A stretch of 32,883 nt of DNA from Nemertoderma westbladi (GCA_032718475.1 JAUCBJ010008751.1:1-32883); one strand, 5' to 3'. Shown: positions 11,290 through 24,384, counted from the stretch's first letter. The notes: generated by a model not told the origin, from the letters alone. Program-made: numbers and translations.

Positions 11290-12225
11290 CTGTAAAAATC
11301 ACAGATATATAACACTGACTGACTGACTGATAATTATCCAGATTCAGGCACTTCCTGCCTGGCGATTTTGATGAAATTTTGCAAGTACATTGCTTTGGTG
11401 GTTCATAACCGCGTTACAATATTTCAGATCGATTCTATGTGTGGTATTCGATATATTTAGTTTTTTGACATTATTTTGTCGCGAAATTAAAAGCAATTGT
11501 AAAATAACAGCTGGTGTTCATGATGAAATATGGCTTAATATGTTATACACAGTCATAGTAAAACGTGTTGGTTGCCAAGTTATACTAGTAGGCTATAAGG
11601 AAAGGCAATGTTTACTCACACATAAGCTGTTGGTTTCTAATGTATTACGCCATAAGCTGATTGCCCTCCCAGTGCTTCCTAACGGTATATCTACAATAAG
11701 GTTACTCACTCTGCTATGTTAAGGGGTGGATCAGGAGAATGAATTTTAGTTACACAAAGCAGTGTGTTGTGTCCTATTGCAGTTGGTACTCACTGTGGAT
11801 TACAAAATGTTTTATAGTTGACCTACACTATAATGGTGGGCGGGGTAGCTCAGTTGGTTGAGCGCCGGGTCTGCAATCTATTGGTTGTAGGTTCAACCCC
11901 GCCAGGGTCCACTCAGCCTTTTATCCACTGGGGTCGATAAAATGAGTACCAGTTAAATAACTGGGAGCAAATCTTGGGATAGGAGTAGCGCCCACCCCTA
12001 CCCTCGGGTAGTAGCTATCGAAAGAGGAGCCTTCGGGTCCTGCCTCCGGCTTTGGCCGACTGTTTGCTTGCTACACAATAATACAGTAGTTGCATGTATT
12101 TAAAGAGCCCGCTCTGGCCTACTGCCTAACTTAGCAGGAATACCTATATTACATATTCACATAGGATTCACTAGGAATAGATATTCCGCTCAACGGCGGG
12201 GTAATACCTATAGAAGGAAACTAAA
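11290..12225 (+). mobile_element. Non-autonomous Helitron-like repeat hosting the SINE
   Basis: (CTGA)n near the 5' end (11314-11329), a cgattttgatgaaattttg motif, and a 3' hairpin CCGCtcaacgGCGG (12186-12199) shortly before a CTAR-like end. Confidence 0.4.
11835..12070 (+). mobile_element. tRNA-derived SINE
   Basis: A-box TAGCTCAGTTGG and B-box GGTTCAACCCC. The central block GTCCACTCAGCC...GGTCGATAAAATGAGTACC resembles conserved SINE central domains. 12-bp TSD with one mismatch: CTACACTATAAT (11823-11834) / CTACACAATAAT (12071-12082). Confidence 0.88.
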
Positions 12226-12262
12226 TTTGTTATTTGTCTCTATTCGTTGTTATTTATCTGGT

Positions 12263-13422
12263 TGTAAGGGCTTTTGTGGATATAACTAGTCATTTTCCCC
12301 GCAAAGTACTGTGTAGGTGTTTTAGCGTACATAAAATGCCATTTTTTCTGTATGTGTACTTTAGCGGACATAACAAGCCATTTTATGCCGCAATACGCCA
12401 AATACTCTTAATACAGTGTAGTTCCGATGACGAAATCTATCAGCTGATTTAATGTCGATGTGGAGCTTTCTTAACTTTCTTTGTTTGGCTCGCTCGACCA
12501 ATCAGAGCGATTTTCATTTTATCTTGTACAGAAGCCTACGGAAGATCGCGCAATGCATTACAGTCTTTGTTTACCTTTTCCTGAGCCCAGAACATCGGCT
12601 TTGGAATTATTCTGAGTTTCAGACTTTAGCAAAACATTAGACGGCTTTGATTATAGGAACGTATAACTGTTATCTCAGTACACGTCACGGTACAGTCCAG
12701 TCAACTCAATGCATTACGTCCTACCCAACTTTCACCGCATTATTTTACTTCTGTTTACTGTCGGTTATTAATTGTTATAAGTTGATGGATATGTTGTAAT
12801 ATTTGGAGAATATCGATAAATAATCATAAAACCCCAATCTTCTTGATATACTGAAGGTAAGAGGGACCCGTTACCTGTAACAACTGCGACTTACATTATA
12901 GTGGTTTTGGAGTGAATTGAATGCTATTTCATAATCCCTACATGTGTCAGTTGTATATTCTCCTTATATATGATCAAATTTAGTGAAGGTCGGCAGATCA
13001 GTGTGCAGCAGTGTGCGGTAGTGTGCAGGAGTGTGACCGATAACAAAGCATTTCCTAAAGAATGCGCTTTATACGAAAATCATTAGCCATCCCGTTATGT
13101 TTAGTGTAAGTCATAACTCTGTTTACATACTTAAAGCGCCACGTCCTAAAGGAACTGTTAATATTTCCCGAAAGTGAATAATATTTGTCAGAGATATTAT
13201 AGTAACAAGCAATCGAATAATACAGTAAGTCTACACCGCAATAAGGTCAGAGCATCCGAATCCAGTCTCCCTTAACCGTGGGTGAATGGTCGCGCATAGG
13301 CTGGCTTCGGCTAATGTAACTTTATGTGCACCAAATACTTGTTATAGGCTAAAGTCGATTTATAAACTAGAAGACACCTAAAATTGGCAGGTTAAACTGC
13401 TAAAGGTCTAAAAGCGCGAACA
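12263..13422 (+). repeat. 5' LTR (1160 bp)
   Basis: TGTAAGGG...GCGCGAACA. Direct repeat of 30078-31236 with roughly 19 differences by hand count. Confidence 0.97.
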
Positions 13423-14941
13423 ATAATAGTTATTCTAGTTTCTTTATTGCAACGTAGGCAATAAAGTTGAATGTACCGGTCGACCGGTAACCTATAGGCC
13501 TAACTACCTAACCACCCAAACCGGTACTTACAGGTACATCAGTATTATTTGATCTTGATAATTATATACCGGTAGGTCTTGATATTTAATCAGGGACTGC
13601 AGCCCTGGTTTTTTATTGGGATTTTACTTATTTCTGTCAGTTTTTATTTATCGGTAAGTTAATATTGAGCAGAAGGGGTGTAAGCCTGCTCAGATTGTAC
13701 AAATAATTTGTAGGCTGGATTGTTGTCTGGCTGTTGTCAGGTCCGAAGAGATTGCAGTGTGTGTAGAGTGTATGTCTGATAAAATACTAGTTAGGAAGGT
13801 GGGGGCATCCAGTGTTGTAAGGTAAATCCCCTCCGAAAGAATAAGTCGTACTACTCGGTTAGAACGCATACTAACTAACCATTTCGGAGTCTGCATATAC
13901 TGTAGTTTATTTAGGCTTGATAGTAGTCTGTCAGCATTTTGTTTGTATTTTGTTTGTGTAGTCTGTACGGGTAGCGTAATATTTATTATTCAGAGTTTAT
14001 GTGATTATTCGCAACATACACAACCCCAAGTTTATTCCTACAGTAATTGTGCTTGTTATACATACCGTTATAGTTAAATTAACCCCGGTACTACATCAGG
14101 GCTGTTTGGCGTAGGTAAAGACTATTGATTTTATGCTCTAGTCACTCCAACAGATACCGTGGTTCTTTTGGCTGTACAAGTATATTTAACTGCTGGTTAT
14201 TTGTTGTATAAGTACTTGTACCTAATTTAGGGTTTAGTGTACAGTGCTTTCCGAAGGTAATTAGTGTGTAGGCAGTATATTTGTGTTGTAAAGTGGTTAA
14301 TAGGCACGTTAGCTCTGGTTGGCTGCGGTAATTAACTTCTAGGTAGAGACACTCCGGGTACATAACGTAGTACTTATAGAGCTGTAAAGCTAGAGACTAT
14401 AAGTCGTCAGACAGTGGTATTTTCTTATCTAGACAACGCAATATATTTACTACTGCTTTATTATTTTCAAATACCGTAGTATCCTGTCCGTTTGTAAGGA
14501 CCAGAAATTCTAACTCCTTGTTAGGCTGGTTTGTAGATTTCTTGTAAAATTACCTCTAAAATTTGTACGTGTAATTTTTTGTGTTTATTTAGAGATTGTA
14601 ATCTCACCCCGTAATTGTACGTAATTTGTAGTAATAAGTAACTTAGTCAAGTAAAATTATTTGTTTTAGTGTCCAATAAGTAGCACTACACTGAGAGCGT
14701 TCAGCTTCTGTGAAGTGACTCCTTACCTAGAAATAATAACATTTATTTCAAATATTGTCAAAAAACCCATTAAACGGGTATATATATATTATAAATCAAC
14801 TCAAACCGATTTATAAAATAGTAGGCCTGTCATCCATCAATTAGGTCTTAATATCAGTTGGTCTACTGCTTAAATAACGGTAATAAAGTAACGTAAAGTA
14901 ACCCTAAAATTCAGAAATTCAGTTATTATAAAATAATTGAC

Positions 14942-15190
14942 ATACCGGTATTTACGATAGGCTTATTATATTTATTTCTATAAATTTAAGCTGAAATTAT
15001 ATACTGGTATTCTGTAATTAATTCTAGTCTATAATTATACTTATATATACTATAGGTGTATGCTGTATACTGGTATTCACGATAGGCTTATTATATATTT
15101 TAATATTTATGCTTAAATTATATACCAGTATTCTGTGACTAATTCTAGTCTGTAATAATACTTATATTATATACTATAAGTGTATACCGG
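14942..15190 (+). repeat. Two diverged ~125-bp tandem units in the retrotransposon 5' leader
   Basis: ATAC(C/T)GGTATT(T/C)ACGATAGGCTTATTATAT...AATTCTAGTCT...ATACTATA(G/A)GTGTAT, starting at 14942 and 15067. Confidence 0.85.
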
Positions 15191-15331
15191 AGTATTCTAA
15201 TATATTGTATATAACACGTTACACTGAGTAACGGTATCGGTAACTAATTACTAGGCTTATAGTTGATACTGAATTACTAGACTTGCTTTAACTGTAGTTA
15301 TAGTAGTAGACATTCAACTGTATAAACAAAC

Positions 15332-18300
15332 ATGGCTGACACAAAGCAAAATCTGTCAGATAGTCTCCTAGAAACAACAGTCGGCGATCCAGATAGGAGT
15401 GCGGAACGTTTGAGACCGAAGTTCAAGTCCCCTCCTACTGTAAGAAAGGTCATCTCTCCAGTAGTAGTATCCGACCCTAGGCTAGTAAAGTGCCGTAGGT
15501 CTATCATAGGCACTCGGGCTCAAGTCAAACGGGACCAAGAGGCAGCTGTTAAACAGCAGCAACACTCGAACCGAGAACTTATTTCTCAGCGGCCTGATAG
15601 CTCCAGTAGTTCAGATACTGTAGAGTTGACATCTGAACGCGGAGCCAAGATGGCAGAAGCAGTTTATTCGGATCCACTTCTCATTCTTCCTGAAGCCGTA
15701 CTCACTAGGGTATTGATTGCGGTAGAAGAACATCAAATCGATTGGGCAAGAAGTAAGAGATCAACCAAGGACAGTTATGCGGGATACGCAAGGGAGGAAC
15801 TGAAGTCTATTGTCGAGATGCAATGGAACTTCCCCGGACCCGGACTCCCGTTTAACTTATCGGAAGCTGCCTGGGAGGACCTATACAGGATGGGAGTGAC
15901 AAAAGACACAAGAGATCCAGCTGTGTGGAAGAGGTCGGCAGCAGGATATGTATAGGGATTCTTCAGCTCTTTGGAGCGATTAGAGGAACAACTGTTTCAA
16001 CAACCCCAAGGACCTCAAGAGCAGGGAGAGCTGCTTTACCAAGTTCGAGAACGAATACTAAGAATCAGACTGATCCTTTCGGCCTTTGAGGAAGCCTCGA
16101 AGAGAAGCCAAGACACGTCATTGCAAGTTGCCGTAAAGACTTGGTTCCAACGGGTGAGTCTTAAAGTCCAAGGAACAACCCAATGGAAAATTCAGCTGGC
16201 TGAACGCTCAACCCACGGAGAATCCACAGACGCTACCTTTTCTCAAGTGGAAAGCGAAGCGACATCAGAGAAACCTCAGAAGAAGGACGCCATTGACATC
16301 TATCTGTCGGACTATCAACGATTTATAGGTGACAAAGAGTTGAGGAGACGGCTGGCTGGACTTCGCCCTACTAGTGAAGGTGCCAAGTTTGTGTTGGACG
16401 CATTAGATGCGGAAATGTTAGCTGCGAACCAAGCTAAATTTGATGAAAGCATCCGCATCTTTAGTGTCCAAGAAGAACAAGTAAAGAAAAAACGTATAGA
16501 AGACCGAAAGGCGGCAGCAGCGGCAGCGGCAGAAGTTGAAAGAAAAGCGGCAGCGGCAGCGGCAGCGGCAGCGGCAGAAGTTGAAAGAAAAGCGGCAGCG
16601 GCAGCGGCAGAGGCACAGGCTGAAAGAAAAGCGGCAGAGGCAGAGGCTGAAAGAAAAGTGGCAGAGGCAGAGGCTGAAAGAAAAGTGGCAGAGGCAGAGG
16701 CTGAAAGAAAGGTAGCAGCGGCAGAAGCGGAAAGAAAAGCGGCAGAGGCAGTGGCAGAAGCAGAACGGATGGCATCTGAAGAGACAACCCAACTAGAGTT
16801 GGAAAATCTTCAAGAGAAGCAAGACTACATAGATAAACAGAGAACTGCTAGTCAATGGCAGATGATAAGTCGATCTACTCCCAAGAGACAGGGATTTACA
16901 TCATCTGATGAAGGCGATACAACAGATCCTGAAGGCGGAGGAAATAGATCTCGTCCCAGCAGGCGTAGAAGAACGCCCCACCGTCAGAAATTGCCTAATT
17001 TGCCCCCAGCTGTGAGAAGGCAACTAGCTAGCACAGACTTAGGTAGTACAGAACCCACAGACCAAATTATTAGAGCAGAAAGACTCCCTACTATAGTAGA
17101 TGAGCCTGAAATAATTAGGCCTGTTCTCGAAGCCACCCCTTTGGTGATAGAGACACCTGTTCTCCCAGAACCTACCTCTAAATTCCCTTTGCACAGTACT
17201 AAACTACCTGTGCCCAGTAGAACAGCCCCTGAGACAATTCCTGTCCTGGACGCCGAGCGAGATATCAACGATTTATCGCCCGTCGTCCCTCGTTTGCCCG
17301 CTACTATGTTGGCGGCTCCCGCTTCGGCGGTCGAGTGGGTGGATGAGGGACGGCGGGGGATGGATCTCCTGCTCGGGCAGATGCAGGAGACTGTTCAACA
17401 GTTCAAGGGAACAGTAAGGGAAAGTAGGTTAGAGTTGCAAGAAGTGCAGCAGAGTATCGCGTTAGAACGCGATAAATTAGTAAATATACAAAGGGGAATA
17501 CCACCACCCCATGTAACAATGTGTCAACCTGTTAGGTCTGAAGTATTTCATGCGCAAGGTGTGGAGCCTACACGCATCTATACTGCTAGTGAAGTAGAAA
17601 CTCCTATAGTAAACCCTATTAAGGGTAATTATAAACCTGTTGACAATGATGTTCCATATAGACCTGATCATAATCCGAGAAATTTATATACCGATTACTC
17701 GATATTAAATAACACGATGGCCCAAGAAAGTTTTACGCGTCAAATGGCTAGAACTGAAGCCCGTCAAGCGGTAAAAGTGGGAGAGATCGTCAAATTCAAT
17801 GGAGATGAGATGAAATGGTTACCTTTTAATGAATATTACAAAGATAACATACAGAACTCTGTACTATCTAATGGAGAGAAACTTAGATTCCTCATCGATT
17901 GTTTGGAAGGACCTCCCAAGTTAATGGCGTTAAAGTTTATTGGACATCCAGATGGATTAAGACAAGTTTGGGATACACTAAACATCAGGTATGGTAATAG
18001 GACAAACATAGCTAGGTATTTGTATGCGAAACTAGTAGCGCCCCGAAAGTTCCTTAGCAGCGGGATTATAGAGTTTTCTGATGAGATTCAGGAGATCTGT
18101 AGACAACTAGATTGGTTAGGTAAGTCTCATGAATATCAGAGTTCCATGGTTATTGGAGCCGTAGCCTCTACTTTGCCAAAGGGTGGAGTAGGTACTCGCT
18201 GGGACAAGAAAGTGCTCTATATGATGGACCAGCAACAAAGAGACCCTACCATGGCTGATCTCATGTCATTCTTAAATGGAGAGGTAAGATTACAGCTCCT

Positions 18301-18830
18301 AAAGCAGTCCCGAGAGAAGACACCGGAAAACAAGGTAAGTGAGAAACCCATTTCTAGGAGAAAGGTCACCCCAGTGTGTTATACAGATGACGGCGAAAGC
18401 CAAACCTCTCAAGAGGAGAACAGCGGGAAAGACACCGATAGATCTTACTATGTCAACAAAGCACCTAAAGAAGTAAGTAAATTTAAGTCTCGAACCAGTG
18501 ACAGGAGAGAACAGGTAACAAAAACTCCTCCTACGTCTCCTAAGAGAGTTCATGGAAGAAAGCCCGAGGAAAGAACGAGTGTGCACAACACTACCCAAGG
18601 TAAAGTAAGTAACATCAAACCAAAATGTGCATTGTGCGACGGGCCCCACCGTTTAAGTGTGTGTGAGGAATTCTTAAAGAAATCCCTAAAAGATAGATGC
18701 GAAGTCATGTGGGATAAGCGGTTGTGTTATAATTGTCTCACACAAGGACACCAACGGCGAACCTGTAAGGTGTGCTAAGTGCGGCGCGAAACATCATATC
18801 TTGTTGCACACCAAATTCGAAAGAAACAGC
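15332..18830 (+). pseudogene. gag: BEL/Pao Gag (long N-terminal extension, DUF1759-like core, three Zn knuckles)
   Basis: ORFs 15332 and 15971 share a frame, separated by one TAG at 15953. Core motif KFNGDEMKW...LSNGEKLRFLIDCLEG. Knuckles CALCDGPHRLSVC, CYNCLTQGHQRRTC and, after a frameshift near 18770, CAKCGAKHHILLH. Confidence 0.92.
16505..16765 (+). repeat. In-frame coding minisatellite (AAAEAERK-type units) in Gag
   Basis: Repeated GCAGAGGCTGAAAGAAAA and GCGGCA units, including ~27-bp tandem copies; the reading frame is preserved. Confidence 0.95.
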
Positions 18831-21800
18831 CCGAGTCAGGTAAGTGAGTCCGAACTACATGTCCAATTCAGTGATGTGAACGACACTGACCACAGTTCTG
18901 AGATGGAAGGATTTTACATGGACGAATTCTCCGACGAAAACGAATCCTGCTATATGATAAACACCGCAGTGTATCGAGCACTTACGTATGAGACTGAAAC
19001 CGATAGTGAGCTCCCCCTAACTATTCCTGACTGACAACCATCTTGGAAAGCGCCAACTTCCAACGTAGGAATCTGAGAATTTCCCGTAGTGCAGTTGAGA
19101 GTCCACGGGTTAGAAAAGAGCTATATAGTGAACGCCCTCCTTGACTCCGGCAGCACAGGAACATTCATCGACAAAGAACTAGCCAAAGACATCTTTGCTG
19201 GACAACCCAAGTTCCGAACTAAGTTGAACCTTTCAGGAATTATGCACGTTTGGAAATTTACAGTAGCTACAGACTACTATGTAGGCGCGTTGTCCACCCC
19301 CCAGGATGAACTAGGAGAACAAAGTATAAGGTCAGTAAAAATGGTGGCGATAAAGAACTTCGCTACCAGCCAAGTGGAACCTTATAACTGGGATGAGGAC
19401 AATTTGATCCAGCAGCTTAAGATACCTAGATTCAACACCGACTACCCAGGGGTACAAATACTCATCGGCCAAAATGCGTATGAGGCGCTTGAGACATTAG
19501 AGAAACGGCCTGCTCAACCGCAACCATTGCAAACCTATGCGGGAAGAACTAGAGTAGGTTGGTACTTTACTGGACCTTCCCGTAGGACACTCATGGAAAG
19601 GCTACCTAACGATCAAGTCTACCAGGTGAGTGAATGGGAAGAGGAAATCAGTGAGGGAGACGACACACCTGAGGGAACACCATACTCCTCAGATAATGAC
19701 GATATTCATCAACTATTCGACAAGGAGAATACCATTGACCTCCTTACGGAAAATGAAACTTGGCAAAACCAAGTGAACCTGTGTCACCTCATCCATCCAG
19801 GTGGACAAGTCGATTACAACGACGAACTGAATGAAGTGATAGATCGTTACAACGCGAAGACTCGCGATGAACACGCCGTACGATTCTTTACTCAAGAGGC
19901 TGTAGAGCCCAATTCCTACGATAAGGCCCTATCGGTAGAAGAGGAAAGAGCCAAGCAGATACAGGAAACGACTACACATTTTCTTAAAGATCAAGGTAGG
20001 TATGAGATTTGTCTGCCTTTCCGACAGCGAGAACCCAATTTTATAAACAACCGACCCTTGGCAGAGAAGAGAATTGCGCAACTACATCGACGCCTTACGG
20101 CAAATGCTTCAGCTAAGGAGATGTACAAGACCCAGCTGAAGAAATTCATTGACAAGGGATATGCGGAGCGAGTACCGGAAGAAACACCCATAACTGAGAG
20201 AACGTACTATTTAACACATCATTACGTTCCCAAACCCGGTAAACCCAACGAAGTCCGGGTAGTATTTGACGGCTCCGCCCTCTACATGGGCCAATCCCTT
20301 AACTCCGAGTTGTTGCCGGGACCCAACTTACTCCAATCCTTGTTGGGAATAGTCTTAAGATTACGACAATATTCGATCGCTTTTGCTTCCGATATAGAAG
20401 GCATGTTCTTAAAAGTTAAGGCACTGGATAGGGATCGGGACAGCCTACGATTTCTGTGGTGGCCTGAAGGAGACCTCAACCAGAAACCGGTGGAGTACTG
20501 GATGACCATCCAGGCTTTTGGGATCATCTCGAGCCCTTCAAACGCCTGCTCAGTAGTGCGCACCACTGCTGATGACAACCGGGACGCCTTCTCCAAAGCG
20601 GTTATCGACAACATCAAACGGGATATATACATGGGCAACAATTTAAAGTCCCTCCCATCGGTGGAAGAAGCCATTGATGTCGCCAAAGGAATGGTAGAGT
20701 GCTTGAAAAGAGGTGGATTTCGATTAACTAAATTCACCAGTAACTCCCGTGAATTTCTGGAATTGATGACCGAGGAGTTAAAGATCTAGACCTTATCAAG
20801 GACGATCTTCCAGAAACCAAGACGCTTGGTTTGAAATGGGACACGGAGAGAGATATCCTGTTTTTCCAGCTAAAACAGCGAGATAATCCAATTCGAACTA
20901 AACGGATTTGTCTAAGTATCCTGAGCACTTATTTCGATCCATTGGGATTTATTAGCCCAGTTATATTGATTGCTTGGAGTTTAGTACAACAAATGTGGCT
21001 TGAAAACCACTCATGGGACAATCCACTTAAGGGAGAACTATTAAAGAAGTGGATGAAATGGGAAGATTCTCTACCATCCATCGAGAATTTTACGATTTCC
21101 CGTTCTTATTTTGGTCACGTTCTCCCCACGTATTCCTATCAACTCCATGTGTTTGGAGACGCCAGCGACATGGGAATAGGTATAGTAGCCTACCTGAGGG
21201 TTGAAACTCCGGATGGAATTAAGGTCGCCTTGGTTACCTCTAAGGCCTTGATAAACAACAAGCTGAAAGTTCCTCGAGCGGAGTTAAAAGCGGCTCTATA
21301 CGCTACAGCCATCGGCCGGAATGTAACAGAACAGATCGACTATCCACTGGAGAAAACTGTCTATTGGACTGATGCTTTACTCGTGTTGGAGTATATAACC
21401 AATGAAGTCTGTCAGTTCAGCGTCTTCGTTACCAACAGAGTAGCCATTATACTTAGTCGCACGAAGATAGATCAATGGAGACATTGCCCTGGGACGATTA
21501 ATCCAGCCGACATCGCCTCCAGGGGAGCAACTCCACAAGAACTGATAGATACTCCAGACTGGTTAGGTGGACCCGACTTCCTAAGCAAGGAAGATGATGA
21601 ATGGCCTCCTCATCTTACCACGGCTGAGATTAGACAAGCCAAGGGAGCAGAGAAAGTCAAACCTAAAACCCGGGCGAGTAAATCGAAGTTATTTAAACCC
21701 GTGATAGATCTGTCTGTACTACACATTTCCGGAGACGACGCTTTGGATCCAAAATTCCCCGCCACAAATAAGTCTGTTGTGGAAATCAGAGACAGAGATT

Positions 21801-23503
21801 GGAAATCTGGAACACCAGACGTCTCACAGGGACTCTCACCCCTGCTGCAGAGAGCGATACATCACTATAGCTCCTGGAATCGGCTCTGTAAGGCCGTTGC
21901 ATATTTGAAGCGATGCTTTCATTATCACTACTCCAGAAAGAAGATTGCTAGTGATACCGCTCCACTGACATCTGCGCAGGTCCATGTTGCTAAAGATCTT
22001 CCCAAATACAAGATATCAGACAGATTTCTAAAGGAGAAGATCAGTTACCAGGAGCATGAAGAAACCAATAAGCAGATACTGAGACTCCTGCAATGCTATG
22101 AGGATTCCGATAAGTATTTCCTGTTGTTGAGAAATCCACAGATGCGCTTAAGGGATCGTTTCTCTAGCACAATGATAGATGGGTTAATACGCATTGGAGG
22201 AAGACTAACTAATGCTCCATTATCCTTTGACACTAAGTTTCCCATACTCATTAGAAATCTTGAAATACAAATCAAGATGATTGTAGATGTTCATAGTAAG
22301 CTTTACCATGCTGGTAGAGAACGAGTTCTTAGCGAAATTCGAACTCGCTATTATTTTCATAAACCCCGTAGAGCTCTGAACCAAGTTCTTAGGAACTGCA
22401 TACCCTGCAGGAAAGCATTCAGTAGGCCTTTAACACAGCGAGAGGCAGAATTACCTAGGGAACGAGTAAGCTTCTATGAACCACCCTTCACAAATACCGG
22501 TGTGGATTTATTTGGCCCTATTGAAGTATATCGTGCTAGGACTATAGTCAAGAGATGGTGTGTCATCTTTGTCTGTATGACTTGTAGAGCTATCCATCTC
22601 AATATGGTGAACGATCTATCTACCAATAGCTTCATACTGAGCTTACGCCGACAGATCGCTCACTTTGGAACTAGTAACACAATGAGATCTGATAAAGGAA
22701 CGAACTTCATTGGTGCCAACAATGAAATCAAGGCTTACGTTAAAGATTGGAACCAAAGATAGGTGGATGATCAGCTAAGGGTAACAGCTTCTAGCTGGAC
22801 CTTCAACGCCGCCGACGCCCCTTGGTGGGGAGGAAGTTGGGAGAGATTAATCAGGAGCGTGAAGACCGCATTTCACTTTATAGTGCTGTGCTGCGCGTAT
22901 CTCACCGACGAACTTTTGCGGACGTTAATGGAGGAAATCGCCGCCTATCTCAACGAGAGACTGCTTATGCCAGTCTCATCGAGTCCCGATTCCCTGGAAG
23001 CGCTAACACCCGCGCACTTCCTACTGAAGAAACCTGTAGCCATGCTCCCACGATCGGAAATCACGGACGGAGACGAATACTGCCGGCAAACTTGGTAACT
23101 TATGCAGTTGTTATCCCGTCGTTTCGCTGACCATTTCGAAAAACATTATCTGCCTATGCTACAACTTCGAACTAAGTGGTTTGCGCAGCAAGAAAACGTC
23201 AGCGCCGGATACATGGTCCTTATTGTGGAATCAGATCTTCCACGTAAGCGGTGGCAGACAGGTCGTATCACCGAGACTCATATCTCAGATGATGGTTTAG
23301 TGCGATCGGTAGAACTCGTTGTCATGCTACGTAATTTTAAGAAACCGGGAATTGTATTCGAGACGCAGCAGCTCAATCGCCCAGTTGGTCGTTTATATTT
23401 ACTGGAGAGAGACAGACAACTGTCCGGAAACTATGGAAGGCAAGATACTCTTCCCACGACCACCTCCCTAATCCAACCAACATCCAGGGACTCCCCAACG
23501 TAA
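18831..23503 (+). pseudogene. pol: BEL/Pao Pol (aspartic protease, RT, RNase H, integrase), disrupted
   Basis: PR ALLDSGS. RT YLTHHYV..VRVVFDGS..GPNLL..DIEGMF, with the catalytic YxDD mutated to YMGN (20628-20639). RH LHVFGDAS, PRAEL, YWTDA, NPADIASRG. IN H-x4-H...CxxC, GVDLFGP, SDKGTNF, WWGGSWERLI. Stops at 19032, 19074, 22760 and 23096; frameshift near 20785. Confidence 0.95.
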
Positions 23504-24026
23504 CGACGTCTGGAGTGGGTGTGTGACTATATTATTTTATATATTTTTATTATTTTTATATTTATGTATGTATTATTATGTACTTTTATTATAATCGTTT
23601 TCTTTAATTTTATTTAGTAGAATGTTATTTTAGCGATTATCTAGTAGATTAGTGCAATATATATTAGTCTTATTACTAAATTACTTATATTATATATATT
23701 TAGTGCGACGGCGAGAAATAATTCTTTTTCTCTTTCCTTACTGTCCGTATCATATTATAAATACGTGACTACAGTAAGATGAAATATCCGTACTTATTAA
23801 AGTACAATAAAGCTCCTACTATACTCAAGTATTATTGGTAAGTAGAGTATTAGGAATGCAAAGTTCAGATCCTTGTGTCTCGGCTAAACCAAGCTCTGGG
23901 TAGACCTTGGAAACGACTTGCCTTTTCTCACTGACATTGCTTCTTGCAATATTGCTCTCATACCGTATATTAAATAATACATATAGTAGCGTGATGTCCC
24001 TTTAACAGTAGCGTACGACGCAAAAT

Positions 24027-24384
24027 AAATCTGTTAAACCCTTTGACCATCTGTAATTCTAGTCGATTAAGATATCGCGGCACCCACCGATATACTTGAA
24101 AGACAAAATTCTAGAATCAGTGGTTAACGTCCCCAGACAAGTTCTGGAATAAACCGGTGCCCATCTTAAATATTCACTATTAATATTTATAAAATCTGTC
24201 AAACAAATACAATAGAGTAAATACTTACAAGTTAACTCTAGAAAATCTATAAATTAAAATCTGTTAAATTTTAGATCCTTTAAAATTCTAGTCGATTAAG
24301 ATATCGTAGCACTTACCGATACTCTTAAAAGGACAAATTTCCTAGAATCAAGGATCACAGTCCCCAGACATGCTCTGGAATAAA
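24027..24384 (+). repeat. Two ~128-bp diverged direct repeats with conserved hairpins (24027-24153, 24257-24384)
   Basis: Both copies contain AATTCTAGTCGATTAAGATATCG...CGATA...CTAGAATCA...GTCCCCAGACA.G.TCTGGAATAAA. Confidence 0.9.

Noticed and set aside
11835-11905. tRNA gene
   Set aside because: No proper acceptor stem; it continues into a SINE body and is flanked by a TSD, so it is a SINE head.
12424-12445. Hammerhead-like CCGATGACGAAA in the LTR
   Set aside because: The core is not CUGANGA and there is no stem II or flanking stems.
12452-12640. Identical 62-aa ORF at 12452 and 30267
   Set aside because: A by-product of LTR duplication with no recognisable domain.
13000-13037. AGTGTGC 10-bp periodic repeat and other repeats as a CRISPR array
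   Set aside because: No unique spacers, eukaryotic context and no cas genes; it is a short LTR-internal tandem repeat.
16418-16792. Cys-rich and Pro/Leu-rich minus-strand ORFs
   Set aside because: Antisense shadows of the Gag minisatellite.
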